Made by a program: the position numbers and the translations under genes. A stretch of DNA of 64,000 nucleotides, taken from assembly GCF_001194135.2 (NCBI RefSeq), contig NC_068991.1, forward strand, positions 77,644,777-77,708,776. The letters are read 5' to 3'. Positions 1 through 13,122 of the stretch are shown piece after piece. Source of the DNA: Octopus bimaculoides. Taxonomy: Eukaryota. The notes under the pieces are model-generated. The model worked only from the letters and a program-made list of their open reading frames with translations. It did no database searches and was not told the origin of the DNA. Positions within the stretch are counted from its first letter, which is position 1. Each line of letters begins with the position of its first letter.

Positions 1-2
1 TT

Positions 3-311
3 TATTGCACCTGAACATCTGCCACAAACAAAAACTAACTTGCTAGTTAACCTGCCTTTGATGTTGCTGCACCTCTTATGTGTCCATAGCTTGCACCTGG
101 TACATCTTATAGAGTTACTACCTACTCCTTTTCTACATACTGAGCAGGGCCATCTACCTGAAGGGGTTTGTGTTTTATCTACCTTCCTACTTATTAGGAT
201 TTTGGTTTTAGCTAGGTTGACTCTAAGGCCCTTCAATTCTAGACCTTGCTTCCACACCTGAAACTTCTCCTCTAGTTCTGATAGTGGCTCCGCAATTAGG
301 GCAAGGTCATC
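3..311 (-). mobile_element. RTE-clade LINE reverse transcriptase fragment carrying a C4HC3 (PHD-like) insert; runs off the window start
   Basis: Hand translation of the minus strand is open for 103 codons: DDLALIAEPLSELEEKFQVWKQGLELKGLRVNLAKTKILISRKVDKTQTPSGRWPCSVCRKGVGSNSIRCTRCKLWTHKRCSNIKGRLTSKLVFVCGRCSGAI. It shows the RT (YA)DD motif and the GLxVNxxKTK motif. Confidence 0.85.
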
Positions 312-1953
312 CCTAGGAGAAATTTGAAAGTGACAAATTAGGTGGAGTAACGAATTACCAAAGATGAATCAATGCTAATTAATAAATTTTACTTACGATT
401 TAATTGTCAGATTAATTTTTTTTTTCTTTTTTTTTGTGGAAGAATTGACTGAGTATAAGGTTGATTTGAAACCATTTAATGACCATTCTACTGCTATCAA
501 TGCTTTCTGTTTTTTTTTAATTAAAATGGGAATACAATTGAAGTGAAAAAGAATATCTTGTGTAATATTATTTACAACTTCATATTTTATTGTTTCAACT
601 TGATACAACTAAATAAAATGACTATTTTAATTGCATATTTCAAACAACATTATTTAAAAAAAATGTTTTTGCTTAAATTTGTTTTTGATTATTTTTAAAC
701 AATGTTTTTAAAGATTTACTTGTTTTTTAGATTCACATAATAAATAAAATAAATTATCTCAAATTTACCTAATATAATGTCTTTCAATTTTAAAAATGTT
801 ATTCTCGGTTGCAATATTTTAAGTCCAGTAGAATTTTAATTTCAAGTATGTTTTAGTTTCCTTTAGAGGTGACGAATTAGGCAAATTCTTCTGCAGAAAT
901 CTTGTTCTGTACTTTTCCAGGTGTAATAACTTAAGAATATTAATATGCTTGCACCCTCATTTTTCATTGTAATCCACTTTTTTTTCCAGGCAATGCAATT
1001 AAACTAATAAATATTCATTTGTTAAAAAATATTTGAATTAAATGAAACCTGCCTGTATATTTATTTCCTTTAAAATTAATAATTTTTTAGGATAATGAGA
1101 AATGTAATTATAATTGTAAAAAATATTAGATCCTGCATCTTCACTGTATATAAAATCTTTATATTCAAACAAAATGCATAATACAAATGCGCCAAAAGAG
1201 AAAGTGCGAAAATCCATTATGAAAAGTAATTTTCTATATAATAGGGAATATTAATGTAATACTAACTTTATGACAAAAGCAAGTAATAAATGAACTACAT
1301 CTATAAATAGTAAGAAGAGGTAGCAAGAAGGGGTATGAGAATTTATCAACAATATAGTAAGAAGAGAAGTGAATCTGGTCATATGAACAGTAAAGCCATG
1401 GCTAATATAAGATTTTTAAAAATGCAAAAATATCCAATGCATCCACCATAAAGCAGGAGGAGCCACCTGTCCTTGGTAGGGCAAAGTTAGTTTGTTAGTT
1501 GAAGTTCATGCAAAATAAAGCCTGTAATTCAGCTGTTGTTCTTGTCAACTTGCATGAAAATAAAAAAACAATCGGTACCCGACTACTCTGAAAAACCAAT
1601 CATACTGTCTGAAAGCTAAAACCTTGTGAATTTACCCTGAGAAATAATCATCTAAATTCTGCTACCCTTAATATTGAATTAGAGTTTAAAAGCAAACAAA
1701 TAACTTATTAAGACTTCAGAAGTTCTTACAACTTTGCTCATCGTAATGCTTCGCTTTCGGTTGTTTAATAAAAATGCCTCCTCGTAAAATGATTTTGCTT
1801 TCATTTTGTGATAGACAACTATCATGCAGAAAATGCCAGCTTCTAAATCCTGTTTTCTGATTAGGTGAAAAGGATTAAACTTTAAACCTCAGTAACATTT
1901 TTCTGCAATAAGTATATATGCATGTACTTATGCATGTAAATATGTGTGTGTGT

Positions 1954-1992
<39 letters not shown>

Positions 1993-2092
1993 AGTGTTTA
2001 TTTACGATGGACAGTAGAAAAGAGAATACCTGTCATCGATTGTTGTCAACCTCCCCCCTCTCTCCTTAAAGCTATGCATTCGTCACACTCAC

Positions 2093-2366
2093 CTTTGTTT
2101 CCTTTCATGGGCATCTTANNNNNNNNNNNNNNNNNNNNNNNNNNNNNNNNNNNNNNNNNNNNNNNNNNNNNNNNNNNNNNNNNNNNNNNNNNNNNNNNNN
2201 NNNNNNNNNNNNNNNNNNNNNNNNNNNNNNNNNNNNNNNNNNNNNNNNNNNNNNNNNNNNNNNTATATACATATCATTATCTTGAACAAGATAAAAATAT
2301 CAAGACCATTATATAAATTCTGTCAATCTCAAATTCTTGAAAATAAGATAGAATTCTTTGCAACAA
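2093..2366 (-). other. Candidate exon of a minus-strand gene, possibly containing the start codon (MPMKGNK, then a phase-1 donor)
   Basis: Donor AAG|GTGAGT after 2093; aagATG at 2114; polypyrimidine acceptor ttcttttccgtatcttatttcag at 2367. The exon spans an N gap, and all three frames from the acceptor hit stops before the gap. Confidence 0.3.
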
Positions 2367-2921
2367 CTGAAAATAAGATACGGAAAAGAAATGAATAAGA
2401 AGAAAGCAGAGAAGTAAATAAATAATTAAATATTGTTGTCTTTTTCTCTCTTCTCCTTCTGCTTCTAAATTTAAATTTAGTTTTTTGGAAAATTATTACA
2501 GACAAATCTGAAGTGGAACAGTAAAAATGGGTGTTTTAACATGAAGGTTATGACATAAGCATGAGGAGATGAAAGACAAATGGTTTCCAGAGAATAAAAC
2601 AAAACAAAACAAAACAAAATCAAATGAAGATACTTTTGAAGCAATGAAAGAAAGTGTTCAAGAATTATGGGAGATCTTTTATTGTCTTCATTTGCTTTGT
2701 TTTTGTTTTTTATGCTTTTATTATATAATAATTTACTTTCTTTTTTTTTTTAATCAAGTGCTTCTACATCATTAATAACTCAGCAGAACTTTTGGCATTA
2801 ACTTTCAGAAATACTTGCAGAACCATTAAATTCTGCCTAACCTGATGCTTCGAGGGAGTTATCCTGCTTTTGCTTGTTCTATACATTTTTATACTTTTAT
2901 TATTATTGCTACTACTACTGT

Positions 2922-3140
2922 TGGTGAGCTGGTGGAATCATTTCACAGCAGACAAAAGGTTTAGCAGCTTTTCATCCAATTCTTTACGTTCTGAGTTCAA
3001 ATTCTGCCATGGTTGACTTTAGCTTTCATCCTTTCAGGATCAATGAAATAACAACCAATTGAGCACAAGGGTTGGTTAATCAACCAGCCCCCATCCTTCC
3101 CCTAAAATTACAGGCCTTGTGACTATACTAGAAACGATTA
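2922..3140 (+). mobile_element. tRNA-derived SINE, family B (central block gcctttcatcctttc, Meta-domain-like)
   Basis: A-box-like ggtgagctggtggaatc, B-box-like gagttcaaattc, and the central block shared with many other copies in the window. Confidence 0.7.
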
Positions 3141-3329
3141 ATGAAAACTTAGACAATGAAATTTCTCTATGCTCACATCACTGTAATATCTTGAAACAGA
3201 TGTGATAATGTATTCCTAGATACACAATGCCCAAGAAAAGGATGGGATAGTTATAATTGGGAAGGTTTTCATCAGAAGTTTAGTCAGTTAGGATTAGTAA
3301 TGCGGGAACTATCACATCATCACATACCT

Positions 3330-3525
3330 TGCGAGAAATAACAGCCAAATTTCCCTCCTGTCATACCTCATCATTATACAAAACGGAAGGTCATATTAGA
3401 CAGAGTAGTCCTAATCATACCGTCTAAACAAAGTAAAGAATGGTAATTGCTGCTACATCTTCCATCATAGATCTGCTCAACCTGGACTAACCAGGTGCTA
3501 TATAACAACAACAGCAACAAAGCAA
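3330..3525 (+). repeat. Interspersed repeat family D (agaaata(a/g)cagc.aaat head, (CAA)n tail); related copies near 40460, 43445, 55190(-), 59680, 63240
   Basis: Recurrent motif ctagaaatagcagccaaatctccctc seen by eye in several copies. Confidence 0.5.
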
Positions 3526-3899
3526 CCTTGCTGTGGTGGCCCCTCGTGTATCAACACATTAATCTTACTACTTTGATAACAATACCCTAACGCCACCAAA
3601 ACAGCTGCTGCCCACCGCCGCCACCACTATTATTCCAGATCTTTCTGTCCACTATTATCTATTTAACCAATATTCATATTGGTTTTCATGTTTCCAAATG
3701 CAGCTGCCATGTCTACAGTCATTTTCTTTTTCTTCCCTTCATTAATTATTAAAACCATTTTCTTTCAACAGTTTCCAATTGTTAACAATAATAATATTGC
3801 AAGTAAAAACTCTCTTGCTATCTCCCAACCATCTCTTATGCCAAAGACCCACTAATATCAGTGGATGTGTACGCACACACACACACACACACAAATATA

Positions 3900-3946
<47 letters not shown>

Positions 3947-3997
3947 ACATATACATACAACATTTTGTACATAAATAAACATGACTATGTATATATG

Positions 3998-4067
<70 letters not shown>

Positions 4068-4487
4068 CACATACATATGTATATACACACATACATATAT
4101 GTATATGCATATATGTACATGCATACATATGTATATATGTGTGTATATATATATATATAAATGTACGTGTGTGTGTGTGTGTGTATTCTGTCGCATTACA
4201 ATAAGAAGGAAAATAATCAACAATGTTGAGGTTGTTTTTACTTTTATTTTGTTTTTCTTGCAAACATGGGTTCAGACAGTTTTATTCTGGCCCCAGTGTC
4301 TTGCCCCTTGTTGCAAAGTTTCATCATCTTTGGCATGGAACTCACCCCCTTCCCCCACCTGTAAACAACCTTCACCAATTCTTCTCCCTATTTCTTCTTT
4401 GGTCATTCTCTTCGGTGGCACCCTTCAAATTAGACTGCTTCACCTGTCCTCTATGTCTTCAATTATTCTCATTATTATTAATAATTA

Positions 4488-4893
4488 AGGTAATGAGCTG
4501 GCAGGATCGTTAGCACATTCTGAGATCAAATTCTGCCAAGGTAGACTTTGCCTTTCATCCTTTCAAGGTTGACAAAATAAACTTCAGTTGAGCACTGGTA
4601 TCAACATAATCAACTTAATCCCTACTCTGATCTTGCTGACCTTGTGCTAAAATTTAAACCCTTTCTAATTAACGTGAATCATTAGCAGAATCATTAACAC
4701 CCTGAACAAAATGCTAATTAGCAAGCATTCCTTACTTCTTTACAATCTGTGTTCAAATTCTACCAAGGTTGACTTAGCCTTTCATCCTTTCAGGGTTAAT
4801 AAATTGATTACAAGCCAAGCACTGAAGCTGATGTAATCAACTAACCCACCCCCCACCCACCAAATTTCAGGCCTTGTGCTTATAGCAGAAAGA

Positions 4894-4925
<32 letters not shown>
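4488..4925 (+). mobile_element. Two tandem family-B SINEs (4488-4660 and 4681-4925, the second with an (ATT)n tail)
   Basis: Both carry aaattct.ccaagg..gactt.gcctttcatcctttc and the 3' block gaccttgtgct/ggccttgtgct. Confidence 0.75.
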
Positions 4926-5014
4926 GATTAAGGCAGTGAAATGGAAGAATTGTTGTCAGTGTGGGCCAAACGCTAAGCAGCATTTCAACCATCTTTGCAT
5001 ATATATATATACGT

Positions 5015-5165
5015 AGGCATGGCTGTGCGGTTAGGAAGCTTGTTTCCCAGCTACATGGTTTCGGGTTCAGTCCCACTGCGTGGCACCTTGGGCAAGTGTC
5101 TTCTGCTATAGCCCCGGGCCAACCGAAGCCTTGTGATTGAATTTGGTAGGCAGAAGTTACTGCTG
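5015..5165 (+). mobile_element. tRNA-derived CORE-like SINE, family A (5' half)
   Basis: A box tggctgtgcggttagg, B box ggttcagtccc, CORE-like ggcaccttgggcaagtgtctt. Resemblance to the octopus CORE-SINE is recalled, not searched. Confidence 0.75.
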
Positions 5166-5213
5166 TGTGTGTATATGTCTGTGTATGTGCTTGTGCCTCT
5201 CCGAAAGAGAGAG

Positions 5214-5260
<47 letters not shown>

Positions 5261-6205
5261 GCAACCATAGGATAGATGTGTTTATGATTAAGTATGTATA
5301 TATGCACTTCCAAGGTGTAATTATAGAATAGATATTGAAAGTATTTCTACAGCAGTATCTATTATACTCAAACAGACGTATCATGATATACAGAACTATG
5401 TAGGTATATACACACCCTGTAAGTTTATCCAATAGAATTAAATTATTTCTTTTTATAGAATTAAATTCCTTTTTAAGCATAAACTCACAATTCCAAAGGA
5501 ATGGAAATAAACAGGCAAAAGGTTTTAGTTTATGTGTGTGATTGTAGGTTTCATAAGTGGAGTGGCATGACTTGGTACACATACATGAGAATGGAAAGTG
5601 CAAGCGTATGTTTGGATAAATATATGTATGGGTTGAATAAAGGTATATGTAGATGTGTGTGTGCAAATAAGTTCATTAGTTAACGGTCTCTCTTAATGAC
5701 AAGCAACAGGGTAAAGATGGAGGCAGTGATATGGTAAATCTCAAATTAAGTCTGTAAAGTGACAAATTTTGGTATCCTGCTAAGTTAAGGAAGTGAACTG
5801 GTTTTCTTTGAAGTGGAATGGTAACAGACACAAGAAACAGGTAATTCTTGAAGGTTTATCCTTTTGCAACATTCTTATATTTAAATATTCTTTTTTTATT
5901 TTCCTAAAATTCCGCACAAATCTGTGGTTAATTCCATTAATTTGTTTTTGAGGGTTTTTTTTTTTCTCATCTGTCTCTCTTTGTATGTACTTGTTGCTAT
6001 GGATATATAATGTGTAGAAAGTGAAGATGAAACAGCAGTTCTTTGACTCTGGTCACCCCAGGATGTGCATGTAGACAGCTATTGTTGAATCATATTAATG
6101 CAATATTGCGTATAATTGAACAATTAACAGCTGATAATGATGCATTGAAACGATTTTAGTGAATTGCAATAAAGCCTGTTCAATCCATTTTCTCATACTA
6201 AAATT

Positions 6206-6258
<53 letters not shown>

Positions 6259-6839
6259 TGTGTATCATCCCCAAACTGCTTCCTACCCACACTTATATTT
6301 CTCATCAAACAGTATCTCCACTCCTGACCATCTCTCAAGACCTTCACTTCTATCCCCATCTCTATGGATCAGGTATTCTCTCCTCACATTTTTACAACCA
6401 ACCCTTCTTCCTATATTCATTGCCCTTATCATCACTTGCTTCTTGTGGGTCTTGCTCTGGTACCCCATCATTACCATCTGACCCTTTTTCCATGTTCTTC
6501 CAACCACACTTTCATACTTACTAATATTTTATTAGTCTAGGCTAAATTCATTTTGAGGCCTTTCAACACAAGCTTTTTATTTATTCGAATTTCTTTTCTC
6601 ATTCTACAATACATTTACCGATTCAACCGTTTCCAAGCAGATACCCTTCCTGATTCCAACCCTGTTACTTGCCTCTTTTAATATACAGGAATATGGTGAA
6701 CCTATTCTGAAAACCAGGATACACGTAGATATTGATTTCTCTTATTGGCACACAGCCATTCGACATTGATCTCAACACTGGCGCATGGCCAGTCTACATT
6801 TAAATATCGATTTACATTACTGATACATGACCACAGACT

Positions 6840-7030
6840 TAGGGGAGGGTCTATCTGATTAAATCGACTCTGGTACTTGACTAGTACTTGTTTTATTAAA
6901 CCCCCCACCCCCCACAGGAGACAGAAGTCAAAGTTGACTTCATCTGGATGATTTAAACTCACAACATTAAGAAAGGTAACTAAATTATGTCAGGTATTTT
7001 ATCAGTAATTCTACTGATTCTGCAATCCAT
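6840..7030 (-). mobile_element. Degenerate family-B SINE
   Basis: Reverse complement of the central block and B box is recognisable (caaagttgacttcatctggatgatttaaactc). Confidence 0.5.
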
Positions 7031-7497
7031 TTCCTTAATCATTTACATATTACCAACTCTCAGGTGACTAGTTCTACAAATCAGCTCCTATCTAAACACC
7101 AATTATTGGAAAATGGTGCCTGAACATTCTCTTCATCTTTTTTTTATTTTCTTTATTTTGGCTTTGATATTGTTTTTATTTTTAATTTATTATTTTTTTT
7201 ATCTATTTGTTTGTTTTAATTTTTTTCTTGTTAATCTTCTCAAACTTTCCTCTCTATTGCATTTTGAAATCTGAAGAATGCAGGAACACTTCATATACTT
7301 TATATTCATTAATTCCATTATAACAATGTTTTTCTAGCCTGGTTCTGAAATAGTTTGTGACAGAAATCCCAAGTGTGAATGTGGGGGGGGGGGGCTGTGG
7401 AGGAAGGTGGCTTTAACAAATGAATGTTTAACAATCTAGTTGGGTTTCATCTGTTTCAGCAAAGCCACATTTACACATATTCTACTCCACCACCCTT

Positions 7498-7499
<2 letters not shown>

Positions 7500-7550
<51 letters not shown>

Positions 7551-7910
7551 CTCTCTAGCTATCTGTCTCACTATCAATCCATTTAACTATCTATCTGTCA
7601 TCCCATTTCTCTCTCTCTCTCTCTCATCTATCCATCTATCTACCTGTCTGTCTGTCAATCTATCTTAATGATATGTCTATCTGTCTATCAATCTATTTAA
7701 CTATCTATCTGCCTTCCCATTTCTCTCTCACCCCCCCCCACCTCTCTGTATCTATCTATCTATCTATCTATCCCTCCCTATCCCTATCTATCTATCTTAA
7801 TGATATGTCTATCTGTCTATCAATTTATCTGCTTGTCTTTATGCCTATTCATCTCCCCCTATCTCGCACGCGTGCACACACACACACACACATACACACA
7901 CATACACACA
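7500..7910. repeat. Compound (CT)n/(ATCT)n/(CA)n microsatellite block with internal duplication
   Basis: Direct reading; tctatcttaatgatatgtctatctgtctatcaat occurs twice. Confidence 0.9.
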
Positions 7911-8055
7911 CATGCAGGATCATCTCCCCCAGTGGATCTCAACCAGGGTCCACATAACAGTTGTTGGGGGGGGGGGGGTCCATATAAGATTCTGTGCAGT
8001 ATCAGTGTGTGCATGTATGACAAAGTACTGATGCACCAAGAGAATAATTATGCAT

Positions 8056-8235
8056 AAGAGAAATCAGACGCTGTGTGCAAGAGAGAAGATTGCACTGGTT
8101 TGGTCATGTGATGTGGATGGATGAAGATATCTGCATGAAGAAATGCTGCTTGCTTAAAGAGGATGGCACTCGCAGAAGAGGGAAATCTAGCAAAAGTTGA
8201 GATGAAGCAATGAAAACTGATTTCATGGAAGAGGG
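8056..8235 (+). mobile_element. RTE LINE C-terminal fragment (decayed)
   Basis: Translation REIRRCVQERRLHWFGHVMWMDEDICMKKCCLLKEDGTRRRGKSSKS*DEAMK matches the RTE RRLxWFGHV...RGRP region. Confidence 0.75.
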
Positions 8236-8506
8236 GGAAAAGGGGGCCAAGATGAGGGGCCCATCTATAACAGCAAATAAGAGGGTCCTGAAATCATTTT
8301 ATCTCTGCTTGTAGGTGCTGAGCACTCCCTATACTCATACTACTCTGTCAAGCATTTCCCAAGGCTCATCTCCCAACTCCCTGCTTCCTCACAACAATCA
8401 TCCCTTCATTACACATATTACATCCCCTAATTCCTTCTGCTCCCTGTTACTGCCTTCCTTCCCCACTCCATTATTTCCAACCCTTACTTTCATTATCATC
8501 CTTTTC

Positions 8507-8558
<52 letters not shown>

Positions 8559-8595
8559 TGATACATACATACATACATACGTACATACGTACATA

Positions 8596-9443
8596 CCTGA
8601 TGCACAAAAAGGGATAGAAATGCAGGAAAAGCAGTAATATGGGACAACTGATGCAGACTTTGAGGAGTTAAGACCAACGATGTCACCCACATCCTAAGCA
8701 GTTTTCAGAAAATACCATCACGGTATTATCTACCGATGAGACATGATGCTGTAGCTAGGACACTTTATAATGAAATCTGTTGGAAGAATAAACCCAGGGA
8801 CAAAGAAATAAAAGCCCACAATATGGCAGAAGCCATAGCCACTCATAAAGGAATACGGCTGGAATGTACCAGTGAAGACCTCAATAAAATGAAAGTACAA
8901 CAGACCTGATATAATGATTTGGGATAGAGAAGAGTAACTGTGTACAGTTGGGGAAATTATTAGCTGCCCGTGGATGTTAACATAAAGCTGAAGATCAGTG
9001 AAAAAGAGAACACCCATGCTGAACTATTATGAAATCTGCAGTTACTCTATCCAGATTACAAGCTCAGGTTTATACCTGTAATTATTGGGGCTCTGGGATA
9101 TGGAACACACTGCCTAAATAACAATATTGAGAAATTAGGCTTCTCAAAACCAGAAAGGAGAAAGCTAATTCGAAGGCTACAGATCCAATCCATCACTGGA
9201 ACTGTAAAAATCTGTAGAACCTTCCAGAAGTTTATCATTTAAATATATATGAGCATGTCTAGATATGCAACTATATGCAGGAGAATGCCTACATAAAGCA
9301 AAACATACAAATCTGCACATGCACATTTACATACATAGAAAAATACGTTGCTGTTGATGTTGAAATTCCAAAGAAGGAACCTTGGATCTAGGTTAGAAAC
9401 CAGCTCTTTCTCTATTGGCAAGAAATCTTGAAATAAAACTGAA
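8596..9443 (+). mobile_element. R4/Dong-clade non-LTR retrotransposon 3' end: CCHC knuckle, restriction-like endonuclease and 3' UTR (pseudogenised)
   Basis: CRL*GVKTNDVTHILSSF..YYLPMRHDAVARTLYNEIC, then NRPDIMIWD..ISCP.DVNIKLKISEKE..FIPVIIGALG..ICRTFQKFII*. These match the RHD and PD..D/ExK motifs of RLE-type LINEs; stops and frameshifts are present. Confidence 0.8.
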
Positions 9444-9894
9444 CAATGACACACATACTTATATGTTTTGGATGAAGAAGTGAGATCCAATGTTATTACC
9501 AGTTCAAACATACTCATGGCATATTTGGACAAATAAACAAGCCCTTCACTGAGTTTTGTTATGAAGAAAATTTTTCATTGTTGACAAGGGTGTAAATACA
9601 CCTAGATCAGCTCGGATTTCTATAAGTGATCTTATTTAGCTCTCTCCTTCTCACTCTCAAACACACACACGTGTATGCATGTGCGTATGTACTATCATCA
9701 TCATCATTTACCATCCACTTTATCATACCAGCAACAGTCAGGTGGAATATGTTGAGGAAGACTGGATGTCCTTCCTGTCACCAAGCCTCAACTGTTTCCT
9801 CTTGGCCAAATATGGTTTCCATGGGAGAATGGAAACAAACAGCATTGCTTACATGATGGGGATGCTTGTTTACAACCATCATGTGATGTCACAT

Positions 9895-9956
<62 letters not shown>

Positions 9957-11008
9957 GTGCATGCANNNNNNNNNNCACACACACACACACACACACGCAT
10001 GTGCATGCAAGCAGGGCTTCTTTCAGTTTCTGCCAACCGAATCCACCTTTAAGGTTTTGATTGGTCCAGATCGGTCCATGGCTATAGTAGGAGGCACTTG
10101 CCAGCCCTGGTCAAACAGTCCAACCCATACCAGCATGGACAATGGACATTAAATGATGATGATCATCATCATCATCATCATGATACATACATACTAGTGC
10201 AAACACATTATCTTTATGATACCATGTCTTACATTGGTTTGATATCATTGTATGATATATTCTTGTAGTGTATATGCATAATTATACATATGCAATGCAC
10301 ATGGGAAGAATGCTAGCAAGACAAGCAATATGGATGAAGCATGAACATCAATAATGGAAGATGTAAAGTAGAGCCATAAGATGAAATGCAATTATGTTAA
10401 AAGAACAAGCATTTGTAAAGCAATGAAAAATCACTACTTAAACACTGCCAATAAATTTTGATAGAGAGATGGATGGATGGATGTGTGGGTGGACTATAGA
10501 TAGATAGATAGATATACATCTGTATAATATACATATATATATATCTGTATATGCCTATAAATTTTATGATATATATATATTTATATACATATTACAATGC
10601 ATTTTTAATGCAGTTACTATTCATTATTAAACACAATATCCTCGTAAATACTGTTATCCTCTTTACCTTGATGTGTAGTGAGAAACTGAGTCCATCTCAT
10701 TCACATTATTGTCACCCTTTTCATGTAAACTGGACATATGAAGTATATTCTTTATTTATATATAACATGCAGTTATATAATTAAATATTATTACATACAA
10801 AATGAAAGTGAAGTGAAGCAAGCTGATATCATCATCATCATTTAACGTCTGTTGCCCATGCTGGCATGGGTTGGATGGTCTGACTGGGCCGGCACATTGG
10901 ATGGCTGCACCAGACTCCAGTCTGATATGTAGATATATAATAGCAATGTAATCTTAGAATTACTTATGTTAAAGCAATGGACTCACATGCACTAATGTGC
11001 CCCATAAT

Positions 11009-11337
11009 TTTGTTTCCTCATAACTTTTGGAAAAATGGGTATTTTTAAATGCAAATTTCTACAAATACCTTTAAATTATGGTTGCATCAGAATTTGATCT
11101 GAGAATAAAATAGTGAGCACACATACACACATAGTGACACACATGCCAATTTTTTGGAAATTTCCCCTTCCATTCAGTAGTTATATGTGATTTGTATCAA
11201 TATACATGTGTGATGTCTCACCAATTCTTTTTTTATATTAAATTCTGATATAATCGTAATCTATACGCCCTGAAAGGTATTTGTAAAAGATTTCATGAAA
11301 AAAATACCAGTTTTTTATAAAATTAAGAGGAAACAAA
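11009..11337. mobile_element. Foldback/MITE-like element with about 65-bp imperfect inverted repeats
   Basis: 11009-11072 (tttgtttcctcataacttttgg...ctacaaataccttt) is the imperfect reverse complement of 11273-11337 (aaaggtatttgtaaaag...aagaggaaacaaa). Confidence 0.65.
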
Positions 11338-11482
11338 TGTGTGAATCTTCTGAGACTCCTCTCACTACCTTTGCAAAAATACTTTAATTACAAATTCTCA
11401 TATTATTGGAATCTTCCAAAATTGTAGTCCAGTCATGGCCAAAAAGATTCAGTACTACTACTGCTGCTGCTGCTAATAATGA

Positions 11483-11965
11483 TAGTAATAATTATCCTTT
11501 CTATTAAAGGCACAAGGCTTGAAATTTTGGGGGAAGGGACTAGTTGTTTACATTGACCCCAGTGTTTCACTAGTACTTTAATCTGCCGACCCCGAAAGGT
11601 TGAAAGGCAAAGTCCACCCTGGTAGAATTTGAACTCAGAACACAAAGACAGACGAAAAGCCACAAAGCATTTTGTCCCACATCTTAACAATTCTGCCAGC
11701 TGACAAGCTTAATAATAATAATAATAATGATCATAATCATAATAATAATAATAATAATAATAATAATAGTTTCTACTCTAAGCACAAAGCTTGAAATTTT
11801 GGGAAGAGGGCTAGTTGTTTACATTGACCCCAGTAATCAACTGGTACTTATTTTATCGACTCTGAAAGGATGAAAGGTAATGTCCACCACAGCAGCATTT
11901 GAGTTCAGACAAAATGCTTATCAGCATTTTGTCCAGCATGCTAATGATTCTGCCAGTTTGTTGCC
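11483..11965 (-). mobile_element. Two tandem family-B SINEs separated by (TAA)n
   Basis: Both show gaaaggntgaaagg.aa.gtcca, tttga.ctcaga/ttcaga and attctgccag (reverse complement of the head and central block). Confidence 0.75.
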
Positions 11966-11969
11966 TCGT

Positions 11970-12585
11970 TAATAAGCATGAACGATGAGCTGAGAAAGAA
12001 TGGACCTCGTCTCAACCACCTTCTCTTCATGGATGATTTAAAACTGTTCTCAAAAACAGAGCCTAAAATGGAGAGGCTGGTTTAGACTGAGCAAATGTGC
12101 AGCAAGGATATAGGGATGGAATCCGGTATCTCAAAGTGTGCAGTGCTTACTTTGAAGTGAGGGAAAAGAGCAGATTATAAGGGCAAAGAATTGCTAAACA
12201 GAGAGAGAATGGAAGACCTGGATGATGATGGGTACAAGTACCTTGGGATCTTGAAGTTGGACAATATCTTGCACAGAGAAACGAAAGACAAGGTCACCAC
12301 TGCATATTTCAAGCACCTCAAACTTCTCTTGAAATCAAAGCTCAACTCAAAGAACCTTGTGACTGACATCAACATTAGGGCTGTTGCTGTAGTCCGCTAG
12401 AGTGCACCCCTCTTGAAATGGATACAAGCGGAGATTGACCAACTCGATCACACTACCCGAAAGACAATGACAATGTATGGTTCCCTCCACCTTAAGGCAA
12501 ATGTACGCAGGCTCTACATAAAGAGAGGTAAGGGTGGACGTGGGCTGATTAGCATACAGGAGTGCATCAACAGTGAAAAAAGAAA
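11970..12585 (+). mobile_element. R4/Dong-clade reverse transcriptase fragment (domains 5-7 and thumb), one frame with in-frame stops
   Basis: RLNHLLFMDDLKLFSKTE...SKCAVLTLK*GK...DDDGYKYLGIL...KSKLNSKNLV..INIRAVAVVR*...NVRRLYIKRGKGGRGLISIQEC. Confidence 0.85.
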
Positions 12586-12789
12586 CAACAACAATGACAA
12601 TGACGATGATAAGAATTGTTTTTAACGTTGGCCGTAGGCCAGTGATTTTTTAGGGGAGCAGGATAGTCAATTAAACTGCTCCTTGTTTCGTTGACCCCAA
12701 AAAGTTGAAAGGCACAACTGACATATTGGCAAAATTTGAATTGAAGACACAAAAGATCCAGGAGAAATACCACAAGGCATTTTTTTATG

Positions 12790-13122
12790 ATGTTCTAATC
12801 ATGATAATAAATAAGGAGGAGAATGATGATAATGATGATGACAATAATGATGACAATGATGATGATGGTGAAAATTTTGATGATGGTGGTGGTGGTGGTT
12901 TTGGCAACTACGATGACAATGATGATCACAATGATGATGATGATGCTGACAAAGATGATAACGATGATGATGACAATGATTATGGTGAGGATGATGATGA
13001 CGATGATTATGATGATGACAATGATTATGATAATGTTGATGATGATGAAGATGATGACAATGTTGTCAATGTTGATGACGATGACGACGAGAACGACGAC
13101 GATGATGATGATGATGATGAAA
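12790..13122. repeat. Degenerate (GAT/GAC)n trinucleotide array (source of the Asp-rich ORF 12705-13313)
   Basis: Direct reading. Confidence 0.9.

Noticed and set aside
3742-4263. Overlapping ORFs rich in YI/CV/TH
   Set aside because: Translations of (TA)n, (TG)n and (CA)n microsatellites; the same applies to most ORFs in the track.
9400-11965. Idea that family-B SINEs are mobilised by the R4/Dong LINE
   Set aside because: The Dong 3' end (aagaaatcttgaaataaaactgaa) shares no visible similarity with the SINE-B 3' end.
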